Source: a bacterium (GTDB lineage: Bacteria; UBA8248; JACPRG01; G963555815). From it: 64,000 nucleotides of DNA. The stretch covers positions 384,001-448,000 of the forward strand of contig CBDHDG010000007.1 of assembly GCA_965261595.1 (NCBI GenBank), read 5' to 3'. The notes under the pieces are model-generated. The model ran no database searches, was not told where the DNA came from, and saw only the letters and a list, made by a program, of their open reading frames with translations. A program made the position numbers and the translations under genes. Positions 10,133 to 20,708 of this stretch are shown here, piece by piece (within the stretch, counting starts at the first letter, position 1; the number at the start of each line of letters is the position of its first letter).

Positions 10133-12433
10133 ATGAGTGAAGAACGATATATAGGAAAGCGCGTTTCGGCCATCGACAGCCCCATCAAGGCAACGGGGAC
10201 GGCGGATTACGTGGCGGACCTTCGGCTGCCGGGCATGGCGTACGGGAAGGTCCTGCGGAGCCCGCACGCCCACGCCCGAATCCGCTCCCTCGACGCGTCC
10301 CGCGCAGAAAAGCTGCCGGGCGTTCTGGGCGTCGCCTCCCGCGAGAACACGCCCCCGGCCAAGTGGGGCATCTTTATCAAGGACGAGCAGGCGTTCTGCC
10401 ATGAAAAGGTCCGGTTTATCGGGGACGAAGTGGCGGCCGTGGCGGCGGAATCGGCCGAAATCGCCGAGGAGGCGTGTTCGCTGATCCGCGTGGAGTACGA
10501 GCCCCTGCCAACGGCGTTCACGCCGGAGGAGGCGATGGCCGAGGGGGCTTCCGCCATCCACGAAGAAGGCAAGAACAATCACGCCTCGGAGTTCCTGGTC
10601 GAGCGGGGCGACGTGGACACCGCGTTCAAGGAGGCGGACGCCCTCTTCGAGGAGACCTTCGACACCCACATGGTCCACCAGGCCTACATCGAGCCCACCG
10701 GCGTCATCGGTCAGTGGAACAAGGACGGGACGGTCACCGTCCGCGGGCCGCTCCAATCCCCGTTTACGGTGCGCGAATTCATGCTGGCCCCCGGCCTCGG
10801 GATGCCGCAGGAGAAGATCCAGGTCATCCAAACCCGCTCGGGGGGCGCGTTCGGGGGCAAACTCGACGTCAAGCTCCTCCTCGTCGTGGCCTTCCTGGCC
10901 AAAGAGGCCGGCCGCCCGGTCCAAATCCTCCTGTCGCAGGAGGAAGACATCTCGACCATGCGGCCGAGGGTGCCCGCCCGGTTCCACATCCGGTCGGCCT
11001 TCGCCGGGGACGGGAAGCTCCTGGGCAAGAAGGTGGACGTGACGGCCGACAACGGCGCGTATTCCTCCTTTTCCCCGGCCATCGCCTCCAGCATGGCCGT
11101 CCGGACCGACTCCCTGTACAAAACGCCCAACGTCCGGGTGACCGGGCGGCTCACGTACACCAACACCGAGCCTTCCGGCCAGTTTCGCGGGTTCGGAAAC
11201 CTCCAGGCCAGCTTCTGCTGGGAGTCCCACCTGGACACCGCCGCCGAGGGCCTCGGGATGGACCCGATCGATCTGAGAATGCGCAACTTCACCGAACCCG
11301 GCGAGACGACCGTCCACGGCTGGCGAATCTCGAGCAACGGGATCAAGACGTGCGTGGAAAAAGCCGCCGAATCCATAGGCTGGGAGAAGCGGAAAAAAGA
11401 CGGGCTTGCCGGCGGCTCTTCACCGGGCGGCGCTTCGTCCAAGATCCGCGGCGTCGGGCTGGCCTGCACGATCCACGTCACGAGCAACAGCGCCCACGCG
11501 GCCCATTTCAGAAACGGCAAGGATGAGGCGGAGGGCGAGGTGATCATCGGGGCCGACGGCGGCGTGAGCGTCCTGTCGGGCGAAGCAGAGCTCGGCGAGG
11601 GCGCGGCGACGGTTATGGCCCTCATCGCCGCCGAGGAGCTGGGGGTGGATTACCGGAGCGTCCAAGTGCCCCACGTGGACACCATGCGCCACCCCTACGG
11701 CCTGGGCACGTACGCCAGCCGGGCCACATTCATGGGCGGCCACGCGACGCTCCTGGCCGCGCGGTCGGCCCGGCAGGCCCTCCTCCAACGGGCCTCGCGG
11801 GTCCTCGAAGCGGATGTCTCGGAGCTGGCCGCCGAGGACGGAAAGGTGTTCGTCACGGGCGCCCCCGCGCGGTCCGTGACGTTCGGCGAGGTCATCGGGC
11901 AAACCGGCGGCGAGGACGTCGACGAGACGAGCCTCTACGTCTCCGACGGCGAGGTCCCCGACCCCGTCACCCGGTACGGCCACACCGCCTCGACCTATTC
12001 CTTCGCCGCCCACGCGGCCGAGGTCAGCGTGGACCGGGAGACGGGCGAGGTCACGGTGGAGCGGATCGCCTGCGCCCACGACCTGGGCCGGGCGCTCAAT
12101 CCGATCGGGGCGGAAGGGCAGATCCAGGGGGGCGCGCTCCAGTCCATCGGGTTCGGCCTGATGGAGGAAATCAAAAAGGAGAAGGGCGTCGTCGTGAACA
12201 ATAACCTGGAGGGCTATCTGATCCCGACGGCCCTGGACGCCCCGGATTGCGACCCCATCTTCGTCGAGACCATCGATCCCCACGGCCCCTTCGGCGGAAA
12301 AGGCGTGGCCGAGACGGCCATCAACCCGACGGCGGCGGCGGTGGCCAACGCGGTCTATAACGCCGTCGGCGCAAGGGTGCGGACGCTTCCAATCACGCCC
12401 GAACGAGTCCTTGCGGCGATGGCGGAGAAGTAG
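10133..12433 (+). CDS. Xanthine dehydrogenase-family molybdopterin-binding subunit
   Basis: LRSPHAHA, GGAFGGK, FRGFG, GQIQGG, GKGVAE motifs. Confidence 0.92.
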   Translation: MSEERYIGKRVSAIDSPIKATGTADYVADLRLPGMAYGKVLRSPHAHARIRSLDASRAEKLPGVLGVASRENTPPAKWGIFIKDEQAFCHEKVRFIGDEVAAVAAESAEIAEEACSLIRVEYEPLPTAFTPEEAMAEGASAIHEEGKNNHASEFLVERGDVDTAFKEADALFEETFDTHMVHQAYIEPTGVIGQWNKDGTVTVRGPLQSPFTVREFMLAPGLGMPQEKIQVIQTRSGGAFGGKLDVKLLLVVAFLAKEAGRPVQILLSQEEDISTMRPRVPARFHIRSAFAGDGKLLGKKVDVTADNGAYSSFSPAIASSMAVRTDSLYKTPNVRVTGRLTYTNTEPSGQFRGFGNLQASFCWESHLDTAAEGLGMDPIDLRMRNFTEPGETTVHGWRISSNGIKTCVEKAAESIGWEKRKKDGLAGGSSPGGASSKIRGVGLACTIHVTSNSAHAAHFRNGKDEAEGEVIIGADGGVSVLSGEAELGEGAATVMALIAAEELGVDYRSVQVPHVDTMRHPYGLGTYASRATFMGGHATLLAARSARQALLQRASRVLEADVSELAAEDGKVFVTGAPARSVTFGEVIGQTGGEDVDETSLYVSDGEVPDPVTRYGHTASTYSFAAHAAEVSVDRETGEVTVERIACAHDLGRALNPIGAEGQIQGGALQSIGFGLMEEIKKEKGVVVNNNLEGYLIPTALDAPDCDPIFVETIDPHGPFGGKGVAETAINPTAAAVANAVYNAVGARVRTLPITPERVLAAMAEK

Positions 12434-12536
12434 CGGGTAAACGCCCGGTGGGCGCTTGCCCGCCGGCCAGGCTGCGAGGGAAGCGCCTTGCCCTGACCAC
12501 CATGTCCCCGGTTGACGAGCTTGATTAAGGAGGTCA

Positions 12537-13940
12537 TGGACCGCCCCTGGGTTATTGGACACTCGGGTGAGGGTATTCGACCTCATGCGGCCTCCGCAAC
12601 TTGAGCGAGTTTTTCCTGCCTTGCCTGGGCCGGCGTTCGGTAGCCGTAGCCCTCGAGAATCCAATGATGGTTGTACAGGTTTTTGAACTCAAGCAGCGCC
12701 CACCGCAGTTCCTCTACGGTGGCGAAAGAGCGCACCCACAGGAGATTCTCCTTCAAGATGCGGATAAACCACTCACAGTAGCCATTTCCCTCGGGCGCCC
12801 GCACGAAGCTGGGCGAACTGGTCATGCCCAGGTAGGCGATCTCCCGCTGAAAGTCATCGGACAGATAGGCGGGGCCGTGGTCGTGACGAACTTTAAGCCC
12901 CTCGGCGACGTCCGCCTCCAAGCCGGCGAAGCGCTCGGCGACCCCCTGCCGGATCGGCTCCAGGGCCTCGAAGCGGTTGCCGCTCTTGGCCGCATGGATC
13001 CCCACGCAGTCCACCGAGCAGTGATCCACCGCCACGAACACCGAGGCCACCCCCTCCTCGGTGGTCACCGTCGTCGTCATGTCCGTGCCCCACATTCGGT
13101 CGGGCCGCTCGGTGCGGATGGTCCCGTTGTGGGCCTTGGGACCTCGGGGTTTGCCCACCCGGTGGGGGGCCTGAAGCCCCGCCTCCCGCATCAGGCGACG
13201 CACCCGCTCCTTGCTGGTGCGGATGCCCGCGAAGCGCAGCCTCGCCCACACCTTGCGGTAGCCCTCGCCATGGAAGGGAGAGTCCTCCAGGACCTGCCGG
13301 ATGTGGCCGAGGAGTTCCGCATCGGTGCACGGGCCCACAGGGCCGCGCTTATTGGGCGTGGGGCGTTCATGAACGGGGACCGCCTCTCGCCGCCGTTGCG
13401 CGTAGACCGTGGAGCGCGCCAAGCCCCAAAGGGCGCACACCCGCTTCAGGCCGTAGGCTCTGCCCGTGGAGGTGAAGCGGGCCTGACTCATCGCCTCCAC
13501 CTCCTGCCGGCTAAAGGGCGGCCGGCCTCCAGGCGGTCGATCTTCTCCCGCAGGACCTCGCCCTCCATCGTGAGTTCGCCCACCTTGGCCTTGAGCCGGG
13601 CGTTCTCCTCGGCCCGCTCATCCGCCGGGCGGGCTTTGAGCGCCGCCTCGCCCCCGCGAAGGAACGCCTCGCGCCAGGCGGAAAGCCGAGCCGCTGTCGT
13701 GCCCAACTCGCGGCAGAGCGTCTCCAGGCTCTCGCCCCGCAAAAGACGCAGGACCGCCTCCCGCTTGCGCTGGCAGGAGAACCGACCCCGCTCACTGCGA
13801 TGCCCTGGGGCCTTGGCTCCGTTCGCCCTGCGGGCGCCCTCCGCCAAAGCCCCCTCTTGCTTTTGTTCGTTCATCGCGACACCCCTTTCTCCATGAATCA
13901 TGGATCAATCGAGTGTCCAACAAAACCCTAGAGCGGGGGA
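12537..13940 (-). mobile_element. IS3-family element, copy 1 (1404 bp; orfA HTH + orfB DDE)
   Basis: Imperfect IRs TCCCCCGCTCTAGGGTTTTGTTGGACACTCG / TGGACCGCCCCTGGGTTATTGGACACTCG; 4-bp duplication GTCA; orfA about 13488-13874, orfB about 12583-13491. Confidence 0.9.
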
Positions 13941-14111
13941 GTCAAATGGTTTCAAACCGCAAAGGGGACCGGAAGGACATCGGCGGAAGTTGAAATAGGA
14001 AATTCCCTTATAATCATTGTTGGGCAAAGGAATTGAATACCTGCGGCACGTGGTGACCTGGATCAAGTAAGACGAGCTTGGAACAATCCCGATAAAGTAA
14101 AGAAGAGTTTT

Positions 14112-14714
14112 ATGCCAATCTTTCGAAATGCGGTTGATACGACCAAGTTCAACAAAGATGCAAGACCACCATATGAGCTTCGCCCTCAGGACTTCCAAAT
14201 GGCGATGCAGGACGTGTACGATTTCTTCTTTGACGTAAACTCACATTTATCGGGAAAAGGATTGGAGCGGCTGGATGATATGTTACGTCCCGCAATCATG
14301 TCTGGCCTTCTTTCAGACATGCTTACGGCCAGCCTTGCTAAACATTCACGCGTATTAACAGAGAACAAATATTTTAATGGCCACCCAGACTTAATCGTCC
14401 AAGGTGTTTATCCAGGCAATGCTGTCAAAGCAGGCGCCAAAGGGGTAGAGATCAAGACAACAAGAAAGGCGGGGGGAGCGGTTGATACCCATGGGGCGAG
14501 GGAACAGTGGATGTCTGTATTTGTCTATACGGTAGATGCAGATTCAGAACCAGCGATGGACCGAAGACCAATGACTTTCACCGAAGTCTACTTAGGCCAA
14601 GTGAGTATCACTGATTTCAGAAAGAATCCCCGTGGAGAATTGGGAACTCGAACTGCGACTTTACATAAAGAAGGGATCAAGAAACTTCGGAATAGCTGGA
14701 TATATATGCTTTAG
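14112..14714 (+). CDS. Putative PD-(D/E)xK restriction endonuclease
   Basis: HPDL...VEIK motif, low GC, convergent with a DNA methyltransferase. Confidence 0.6.
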   Translation: MPIFRNAVDTTKFNKDARPPYELRPQDFQMAMQDVYDFFFDVNSHLSGKGLERLDDMLRPAIMSGLLSDMLTASLAKHSRVLTENKYFNGHPDLIVQGVYPGNAVKAGAKGVEIKTTRKAGGAVDTHGAREQWMSVFVYTVDADSEPAMDRRPMTFTEVYLGQVSITDFRKNPRGELGTRTATLHKEGIKKLRNSWIYML

Positions 14715-15858
14715 AATTTCCATTTGGCTCGAATTGAACCAGCTTTGGAATGGAGTCACATGCCATATCAAAATAATGTGAGTCCTTTTCCACACCAATG
14801 CTCTTGTAACCGATCGCCTCTGCCGCTGCCAATGTGGAGCCAGCGCCCGCAAAGGGATCAAGAATTACACCTTCCCCTAGAGGTAATGCGGCGCGAACAA
14901 GTTGTCTCATGAATGCTTGTGGTTTTAGGCTTGGGTGAGGTGCAATCGATTTTTCATTCTTTCTCGTAGGGGCTGATGCGATGACATCGCCGAACGGCTT
15001 GTCGTCGGAAAGACGGCGAAACCCTCCTGTTTTCCATTTTCGTAGATTATCTTGTACGCGGCCTTCAAGAGGTTTTCTGAAAACAACCCATGGCTCCCAC
15101 ATGGAGCGAGGCATTACACTGACCTCACTGAATTCCTCATGCGCCGCTTTTGGGCGGTCGCCGCCTCGCATGGTCATGGTTAGGCGAACGATTTCACCTC
15201 TTCGTTCCAAACCTGCATCAGCCAATGCACTTGAGACGATATAAGAAACAAGGGGATTCGAGGCGACCACAACCTGTGCCCCAGGAACGAGTCTAGGTAA
15301 GAGCAATCTCCCCCAAATGAAGAAGAAAGTTAGAAGTTGCTCCAACTGTTCCTGTGTAAGTGTTGTGAATCGCGGCAGAGGGGATCGTTGGTGGCCGTCA
15401 TAGGACGGAGGAATACGCCAAACGCCCCCTTTTCCTTTGCGCAATTTCGCTTGCTGGTCTGGCGCATATTCGTGCAGTCCATACGGCGGATCAGTTATAA
15501 CCGCGTGGATGCTGTTTGAATCTTGATTTTCTATCCAATCAAAACAGTCAGCATTCACTAATGTTGAGTGCCCGTAGGTGAATGGCTTTTTCCACCTATG
15601 AACTTGGGCGATTTCTCGATTTACGCCAGCAGTGCGGTTGCCCCGAAGGCGGTAGATACCACGTTCTTCGCGGACGAAAATATCAGGGGTATTTAGTCGC
15701 AAGTACGATCTGATCGAAGATGGAGGCGTTGGCCCCGCTATTTGCTGCACGCGGGCTTCGATTTCCTTGACGGACAAAGACTTAGAGGTTAACGCCATCA
15801 CTTGTAAAAGGGCGTCTCGAACCTGACCGGGAGAATAGCGTGAGTTTGGTCCGTCCAT
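14677..15858 (-). CDS. N6/N4 DNA methyltransferase (beta-class motif order) with N-terminal winged-HTH-like extension
   Basis: DPPY precedes DPFAGAGST; HPSLKP motif; about 70-aa N-terminal segment LSVKEI...SIRSYL...GIYRL. Confidence 0.88.
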   Translation of the reverse strand: MDGPNSRYSPGQVRDALLQVMALTSKSLSVKEIEARVQQIAGPTPPSSIRSYLRLNTPDIFVREERGIYRLRGNRTAGVNREIAQVHRWKKPFTYGHSTLVNADCFDWIENQDSNSIHAVITDPPYGLHEYAPDQQAKLRKGKGGVWRIPPSYDGHQRSPLPRFTTLTQEQLEQLLTFFFIWGRLLLPRLVPGAQVVVASNPLVSYIVSSALADAGLERRGEIVRLTMTMRGGDRPKAAHEEFSEVSVMPRSMWEPWVVFRKPLEGRVQDNLRKWKTGGFRRLSDDKPFGDVIASAPTRKNEKSIAPHPSLKPQAFMRQLVRAALPLGEGVILDPFAGAGSTLAAAEAIGYKSIGVEKDSHYFDMACDSIPKLVQFEPNGNSKAYISSYSEVS

Positions 15859-15865
15859 GCTTGGC

Positions 15866-15900
15866 AGTATAGACGTCCAGACGTCTGGTGTCAACACCAG
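15866..15900 (-). promoter_or_regulatory. Sigma70-like promoter of the MTase, overlapped by palindromes
   Basis: Minus strand TTGACA-17 bp-TATACT, 7 nt before ATG; palindromes CCAGACGTCTGG and CTGGTGT-CA-ACACCAG. Confidence 0.7.
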
Positions 15901-15986
15901 ATATATTTAAGGTGATGTACCGTTTTGTGTGTAGAAAGTGTTTTCGGGCAAAAAGAGAGGGTGTACTCTTCCTGGGAGCAAGAAAC

Positions 15987-17390
15987 TGGACCGCCCCTGG
16001 GTTATTGGACACTCGGGTGAGGGTATTCGACCTCATGCGGCCTCCGCAACTTGAGCGAGTTTTTCCTGCCTTGCCTGGGCCGGCGTTCGGTAGCCGTAGC
16101 CCTCGAGAATCCAATGATGGTTGTACAGGTTCTTGAACTCAAGCAGCGCCCACCGCAGTTCCTCTACGGTGGCGAAAGAGCGCACCCACAGGAGATTCTC
16201 CTTCAAGATGCGGATGAACCACTCACAGTAGCCATTTCCCTCGGGCGCCCGCACGAAGCTGGGCGAACTGGTCATGCCCAGGTAGGCGATCTCCCGCTGA
16301 AAGTCATCGGACAGATAGGCGGGGCCGTGGTCGTGACGAACTTTAAGCCCCTCGGCGACATCCGCCTCCAAGCCGGCGAAGCGCTCGGCGACCCCCTGCC
16401 GGATCGGCTCCAGGGCCTCGAAGCGGTTGCCGCTCTTGGCCGCATGGATCCCCACGCAGTCCACCGAGCAGTGATCCACCGCCACGAACACCGAGGCCAT
16501 CCCCTCCTCGGTGGTCACCGTCGTCGTCATGTCCGTGCCCCACATTCGGTCGGGCCGCTCGGTGCGGATGGTCCCGTTGTGGGCCTTGGGACCTCGGGGT
16601 TTGCCCACCCGGTGGGGGGCCTGAAGCCCCGCCTCCCGCATCAGGCGACGCACCCGCTCCTTGCTGGTGCGGATGCCCGCGAAGCGCAGCCTCGCCCACA
16701 CCTTGCGGTAGCCCTCGCCATGGAAGGGAGAGTCCTCCAGGACCTGCCGGATGTGGCCGAGGAGTTCCGCATCGGTGCACGGGCCCACAGGGCCGCGCTT
16801 ATGGGGCGTGGGGCGTTCATGAACGGGGACCGCCTCTCGCCGCCGTTGCGCGTAGACCGTGGAGCGCGCCAAGCCCCAAAGGGCGCACACCCGCTTCAGG
16901 CCGTAGGCTCTGCCCGTGGAGGTGAAGCGGGCCTGACTCATCGCCTCCACCTCCTGCCGGCTAAAGGGCGGCCGGCCTCCAGGCGGTCGATCTTCTCCCG
17001 CAGGACCTCGCCCTCCATCGTGAGTTCGCCCACCTTGGCCTTGAGCCGGGCGTTCTCCTCGGCCCGCTCATCCGCCGGGCGGGCTTTGAGCGCCGCCTCG
17101 CCCCCGCGAAGGAACGCCTCGCGCCAGGCGGAAAGCCGAGCCGCTGTCGTGCCCAACTCGCGGCAGAGCGTCTCCAGGCTCTCGCCCCGCAAAAGACGCA
17201 GGACCGCCTCCCGCTTGCGCTGGCAGGAGAACCGACCCCGCTCACTGCGATGCCCTGGGGCCTTGGCTCCGTTCGCCCTGCGGGCGCCCTCCGCCAAAGC
17301 CCCCTCTTGCTTTTGTTCGTTCATCGCGACACCCCTTTCTCCATGAATCATGGATCAATCGAGTGTCCAACAAAACCCTAGAGCGGGGGA
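15987..17390 (-). mobile_element. IS3-family element, copy 2
   Basis: Near-identical to copy 1; 4-bp duplication AAAC. Confidence 0.9.
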
Positions 17391-18199
17391 AAACCCATTT
17401 TGGAGGAGCACACCCAATGCAACCGAAGTTGCTTTTTGGGGATAAGGATTTGGGCCGGGCATTTCAAGAGCTGAATGAGACGTGGGAGGTGGAGTTGCCC
17501 ATCGAGGCGAGCCTGAAAGGGTTTTTGGAGGGCCTGATGGCCGAGGAGCGGGCCGTCTACCTGGCGGCCGGGTTCCGGGAGCGCACGCCCAAGCGGCGCG
17601 ACTGGGCCAACGGCCACTACGTCCGGGACCTGGGGACCGAGGGGGGGCTGATCCGCGCCCTGCGTGTGCCCCGGGTTCGCGGCGGCGGCTTTCAGAGCCG
17701 GGCGTTCGCGCTACCGGCGCCGCCGGGCGGTGGTGGACCGCACGCTTCGCGATTGCTTCCTGGCCGGGGTGTCCACCCGCCGGGTGGGGGCGTGCGTGAA
17801 GGGGTTGTTGGGTGAAGCGGTGAGCGCCTCCACCGTCTCGCGGGTGTGCACGGCGCTCAGCCGAGACGTTGCGGCGTTCCACGACCGCCCTTTGAGCGAC
17901 CACTACCGTTGTGTGTTCCTGGATGGCCTGGCTTTCAAGGTGCGCGGGGCGTCGAGAAGCCGGCGCAAGGTCCTTTTGTGCGCGATGGGCGTCACACTCG
18001 CGGGCCGGCGGGAGATCATCGACTTCCGTCTGGCCGACTCGGAGAGCGAGGCCACGTGGACGAAGTTCCTCGACGACCTCTACCACCGGGGGCTTTTGGG
18101 TCACTCCCTTCGCCTCATCATCACCGACGGCAACCCGGGGCTGTTGGCGGCGCTGGAGGTGGTCTACCCCTTCACGCCCCATCAGCGGTGCTGGTTTCA

Positions 18200-18220
18200 C
18201 AAGATGGAAAACGTGGTTAA
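18200..18220 (+). repeat. attL-like site
   Basis: CAAGATGGAAAACGTGGTTAA, matches 58456-58476 at 18/21. Confidence 0.72.
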
Positions 18221-18430
18221 AATATCTCACCTCGCCAATGGTGCGACCGAGAACGCTGTGCTGAGATAAAGTGCTGTAAACATTGAATTTATTTTTCATT
18301 ATCCCGTCTCTTGCCCCTTGCATTCCCGCCACGCTTGTGCTCAAATACGCACCGATTTGATGCAGCGTGTGTTCTATTTGATTACGGAATTGCATACCGA
18401 ATCACCATAGAACAAAGGCAAGGAGCGACC

Positions 18431-19231
18431 ATGCCCAGAAGGAGCGAGCTCAGGATCACCAAACGCACCGTGGATGCACTCACCGTCGATGCCAAGGATG
18501 GCGTCTTCTGGGACCGGGACCTGGCGGGCTTCGGGGTGCGGGTCCATGCCACGGGTCGCAAGGTCTACGTAGTGCAGTCCCGGGGGCCGGCCGGACCGAA
18601 GCGAGTGACCCTCGGACGGCATGGGGACATGTCGACCGAGGAGGCGAGGAAGCGGGCGGCCGTGGTCATCGACCGCATCAAGCGGGGGGAGGACCCCGTG
18701 CCCGCGCCGCCCGAGCCGGAGCTCACGTTGGCCGAACTGTCCGAACGGTTCCTGCGCACCCATGTCAAGGTGCATTGCAAGCCGAGCACCGTTGCAACGT
18801 ACCGGTGCGTGCTCGGCAAGCACATTCTTCCCACCCTGGGCGCGATGTCAATCAACGAGGTAGGACGAAGGGAGATTTCCGCGCTGCATCACCGGCTTCG
18901 TGACACGCCTGCAATGGCCAACCGGACGGTCAAGGTTCTGTCGAGAATGTTCTCGTTGGCGGAAGCCTGGGAAAGACTGCCGCCCGGCCGGAACCCGTGC
19001 CGGTCGGTGCGCCGCTACAAGGAGAGGTCGTGCGAGCGGTTTCTGACGCCGGAGGAGTTCCGGCGGCTGGGCCGTGTGTTGAGGGACGCGGAAACGGACG
19101 GCTCGGTGTGGCCGCCGGTGATTGCGGCGCTCCGGCTGCTGCTGCTGACCGGATGCCGGAAGAGCGAGATCCTGACGTTGCGCTGGGAATTTATGGATAG
19201 GTTGTTTCCTGCACGGCGAGTATCCGTATAA
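18431..19231 (+). pseudogene. Tyrosine integrase, C-terminally truncated
   Basis: Arm-binding N-terminus (WDRDLAGFGVRV), LLLTGCRKSEILTLRWE, then unrelated sequence; no HxxR/Y motifs. Confidence 0.85.
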
Positions 19232-19469
19232 CTCATTGATAAATAATTATTCTTGTCGGTATCGCGATGACCATGGAAGGCGCGTTCAGCCTGGGTTCAA
19301 CACTATTTCAACACCGACACCCCGACCGGAAACGGGCGCATGCTTGACGCCGTATGACACCGATTCGAGGGATCCGGCTCGGCCTGGAACAGGCCCTGGA
19401 AGATTACATAGCGGCCTATCCACGTCGAACGGCGGGGATCAACAAATTGTACCGCGAGGGGTTCACGCG

Positions 19470-19620
19470 CCATCGAGGCCGTTATCGGTCGCAACAAACC
19501 GAGGGCCAACTCGATCGAAACTTCCTCAAGGGACGCCTCGGCGTTCAGAGCAACGCCGTCATGAGCACCGCCGACTACAACTTCCGCCTCCTCCTCTATC
19601 GTAGCCATCAGAAACTGGGC
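19470..19620 (+). pseudogene. IS5-family transposase C-terminal remnant
   Basis: EGQLDRNFLKGRLGVQSNAV...YNFRLLL. Confidence 0.5.
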
Positions 19621-19896
19621 CTGCACCTCGATCCGGCCGGAATGACGGTCGCCGCCACGTATCCAGTCCCACTTGAGACAAGTGATCTCCGAGGACCGCG
19701 TGCCAGTGCGATCCGCGTTCTCTCCCCAAAACCGCCGCCCTTTGTTCCTTAGGAACGGATGACTCAAAAGGGAACAGACAAAGGAGACAGCGACCGCCGA
19801 TGAGATACTCGATTCCATCAAGCGGTTCTGTCTGAGAACCCTCAAAACTGCCCAGTATGCAGGATAGTGGTAGAAACTAAAGAATCGGGACAGTAG

Positions 19897-20008
19897 CAGG
19901 CTACTGAATAACTGTTTTGAGAACTGTCACGAGCAATATCGGTTGGCAAATTGCCTAATAACGATTCCATACTGTCGCTATTCGAATCTTTCTTGTTTTA
20001 GCAGCCTG
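19897..20008. mobile_element. Possible MITE (112 bp)
   Basis: Imperfect IRs CAGGCTACTGAA / TTTAGCAGCCTG flanked by GTAG and CTAG. Confidence 0.4.
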
Positions 20009-20027
20009 CTAGAGAGGAACAAAGAAA

Positions 20028-20708
20028 TTAATTGGGACCATTAACCGCTGTTTCGACCCGCTTAAGTGAATCCAAGAGCCGGCTTCCCGCACCTACGATC
20101 TTCGATAGAACTGCAATTTGTTCGCGCAAGGAGATATCTCCTGTAGGTACGGGGTAGTTTATCTGATGATCGACTTCTGCCCAAATTTCCTCAAATAGTG
20201 TTCTCACCTGAATTTCGCAGCACAGCACCGAATCTTCACGCGGACGGACAAGATAATGGACGCTCGTATATGAGGTGGGCTTTTCGGACACTTCGAGATC
20301 GAACTGCTTAAAAAATGAAACTGTTTCGGGATCCCATGTGTATGCTTTGGGCTGCTCGGCAAACCACCAATCACCTTCCTCTAACACCTTGTGCCGAATA
20401 ACTGAATCAATACTCTCGAAATGTTCTTGAAAAAGATGAAGTATTCTAACGCCTGCAAGATCTGTTATTTTAGAAAATAGATTTTCCGAATTAATCTCCG
20501 TTCCTTGCGCGCTCTTTCTAAGAATTTTTTGACGCAAATACTCCCGGTCTTTCAGACGACTCTTGAACGAGTGCACTACTTGGTGACCATTCAAATTTAA
20601 CTCCGGATGCCTTCCGATATAATTGACGACCCCTTCCATAAATATCTGAAGATCATGCCGTTGTTGATCGTACCGTTTAAGAGCATCCTCTATGATGGTT
20701 TCGTTCAT
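20028..20708 (-). CDS. RelA/SpoT-domain small alarmone synthetase-like protein
   Basis: SRLKD, DLAGVR, YTSVH, EIQVRT, WAEVDH motifs; 226 aa, no hydrolase domain. Confidence 0.88.
   Translation of the reverse strand: MNETIIEDALKRYDQQRHDLQIFMEGVVNYIGRHPELNLNGHQVVHSFKSRLKDREYLRQKILRKSAQGTEINSENLFSKITDLAGVRILHLFQEHFESIDSVIRHKVLEEGDWWFAEQPKAYTWDPETVSFFKQFDLEVSEKPTSYTSVHYLVRPREDSVLCCEIQVRTLFEEIWAEVDHQINYPVPTGDISLREQIAVLSKIVGAGSRLLDSLKRVETAVNGPN

Larger units (their letters stand above)
15911..18220 (+). mobile_element. IS256-family element, 5' half (frameshifted transposase from 17417; interrupted by IS3 copy 2)
   Basis: GVSTRRV, FLDG, ITDGNPGL, QRCWFHKMENV motifs; left IR GGTGATGTACCGTTTTGTGTGTAGAAAGTG. 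Confidence 0.85.

Noticed and set aside
9587..12664. Long minus-strand ORFs (576, 304, 414 aa)
   Set aside because: Antisense shadows of the high-GC XDH gene
12601..13896. 431-aa ORF repeated with most IS3 copies
   Set aside because: Antisense to the transposase; recurrence only reflects IS identity
13941..15986. R-M pair as a composite transposon of IS3 copies 1 and 2
   Set aside because: Each copy has its own target duplication (GTCA, AAAC), so they inserted independently
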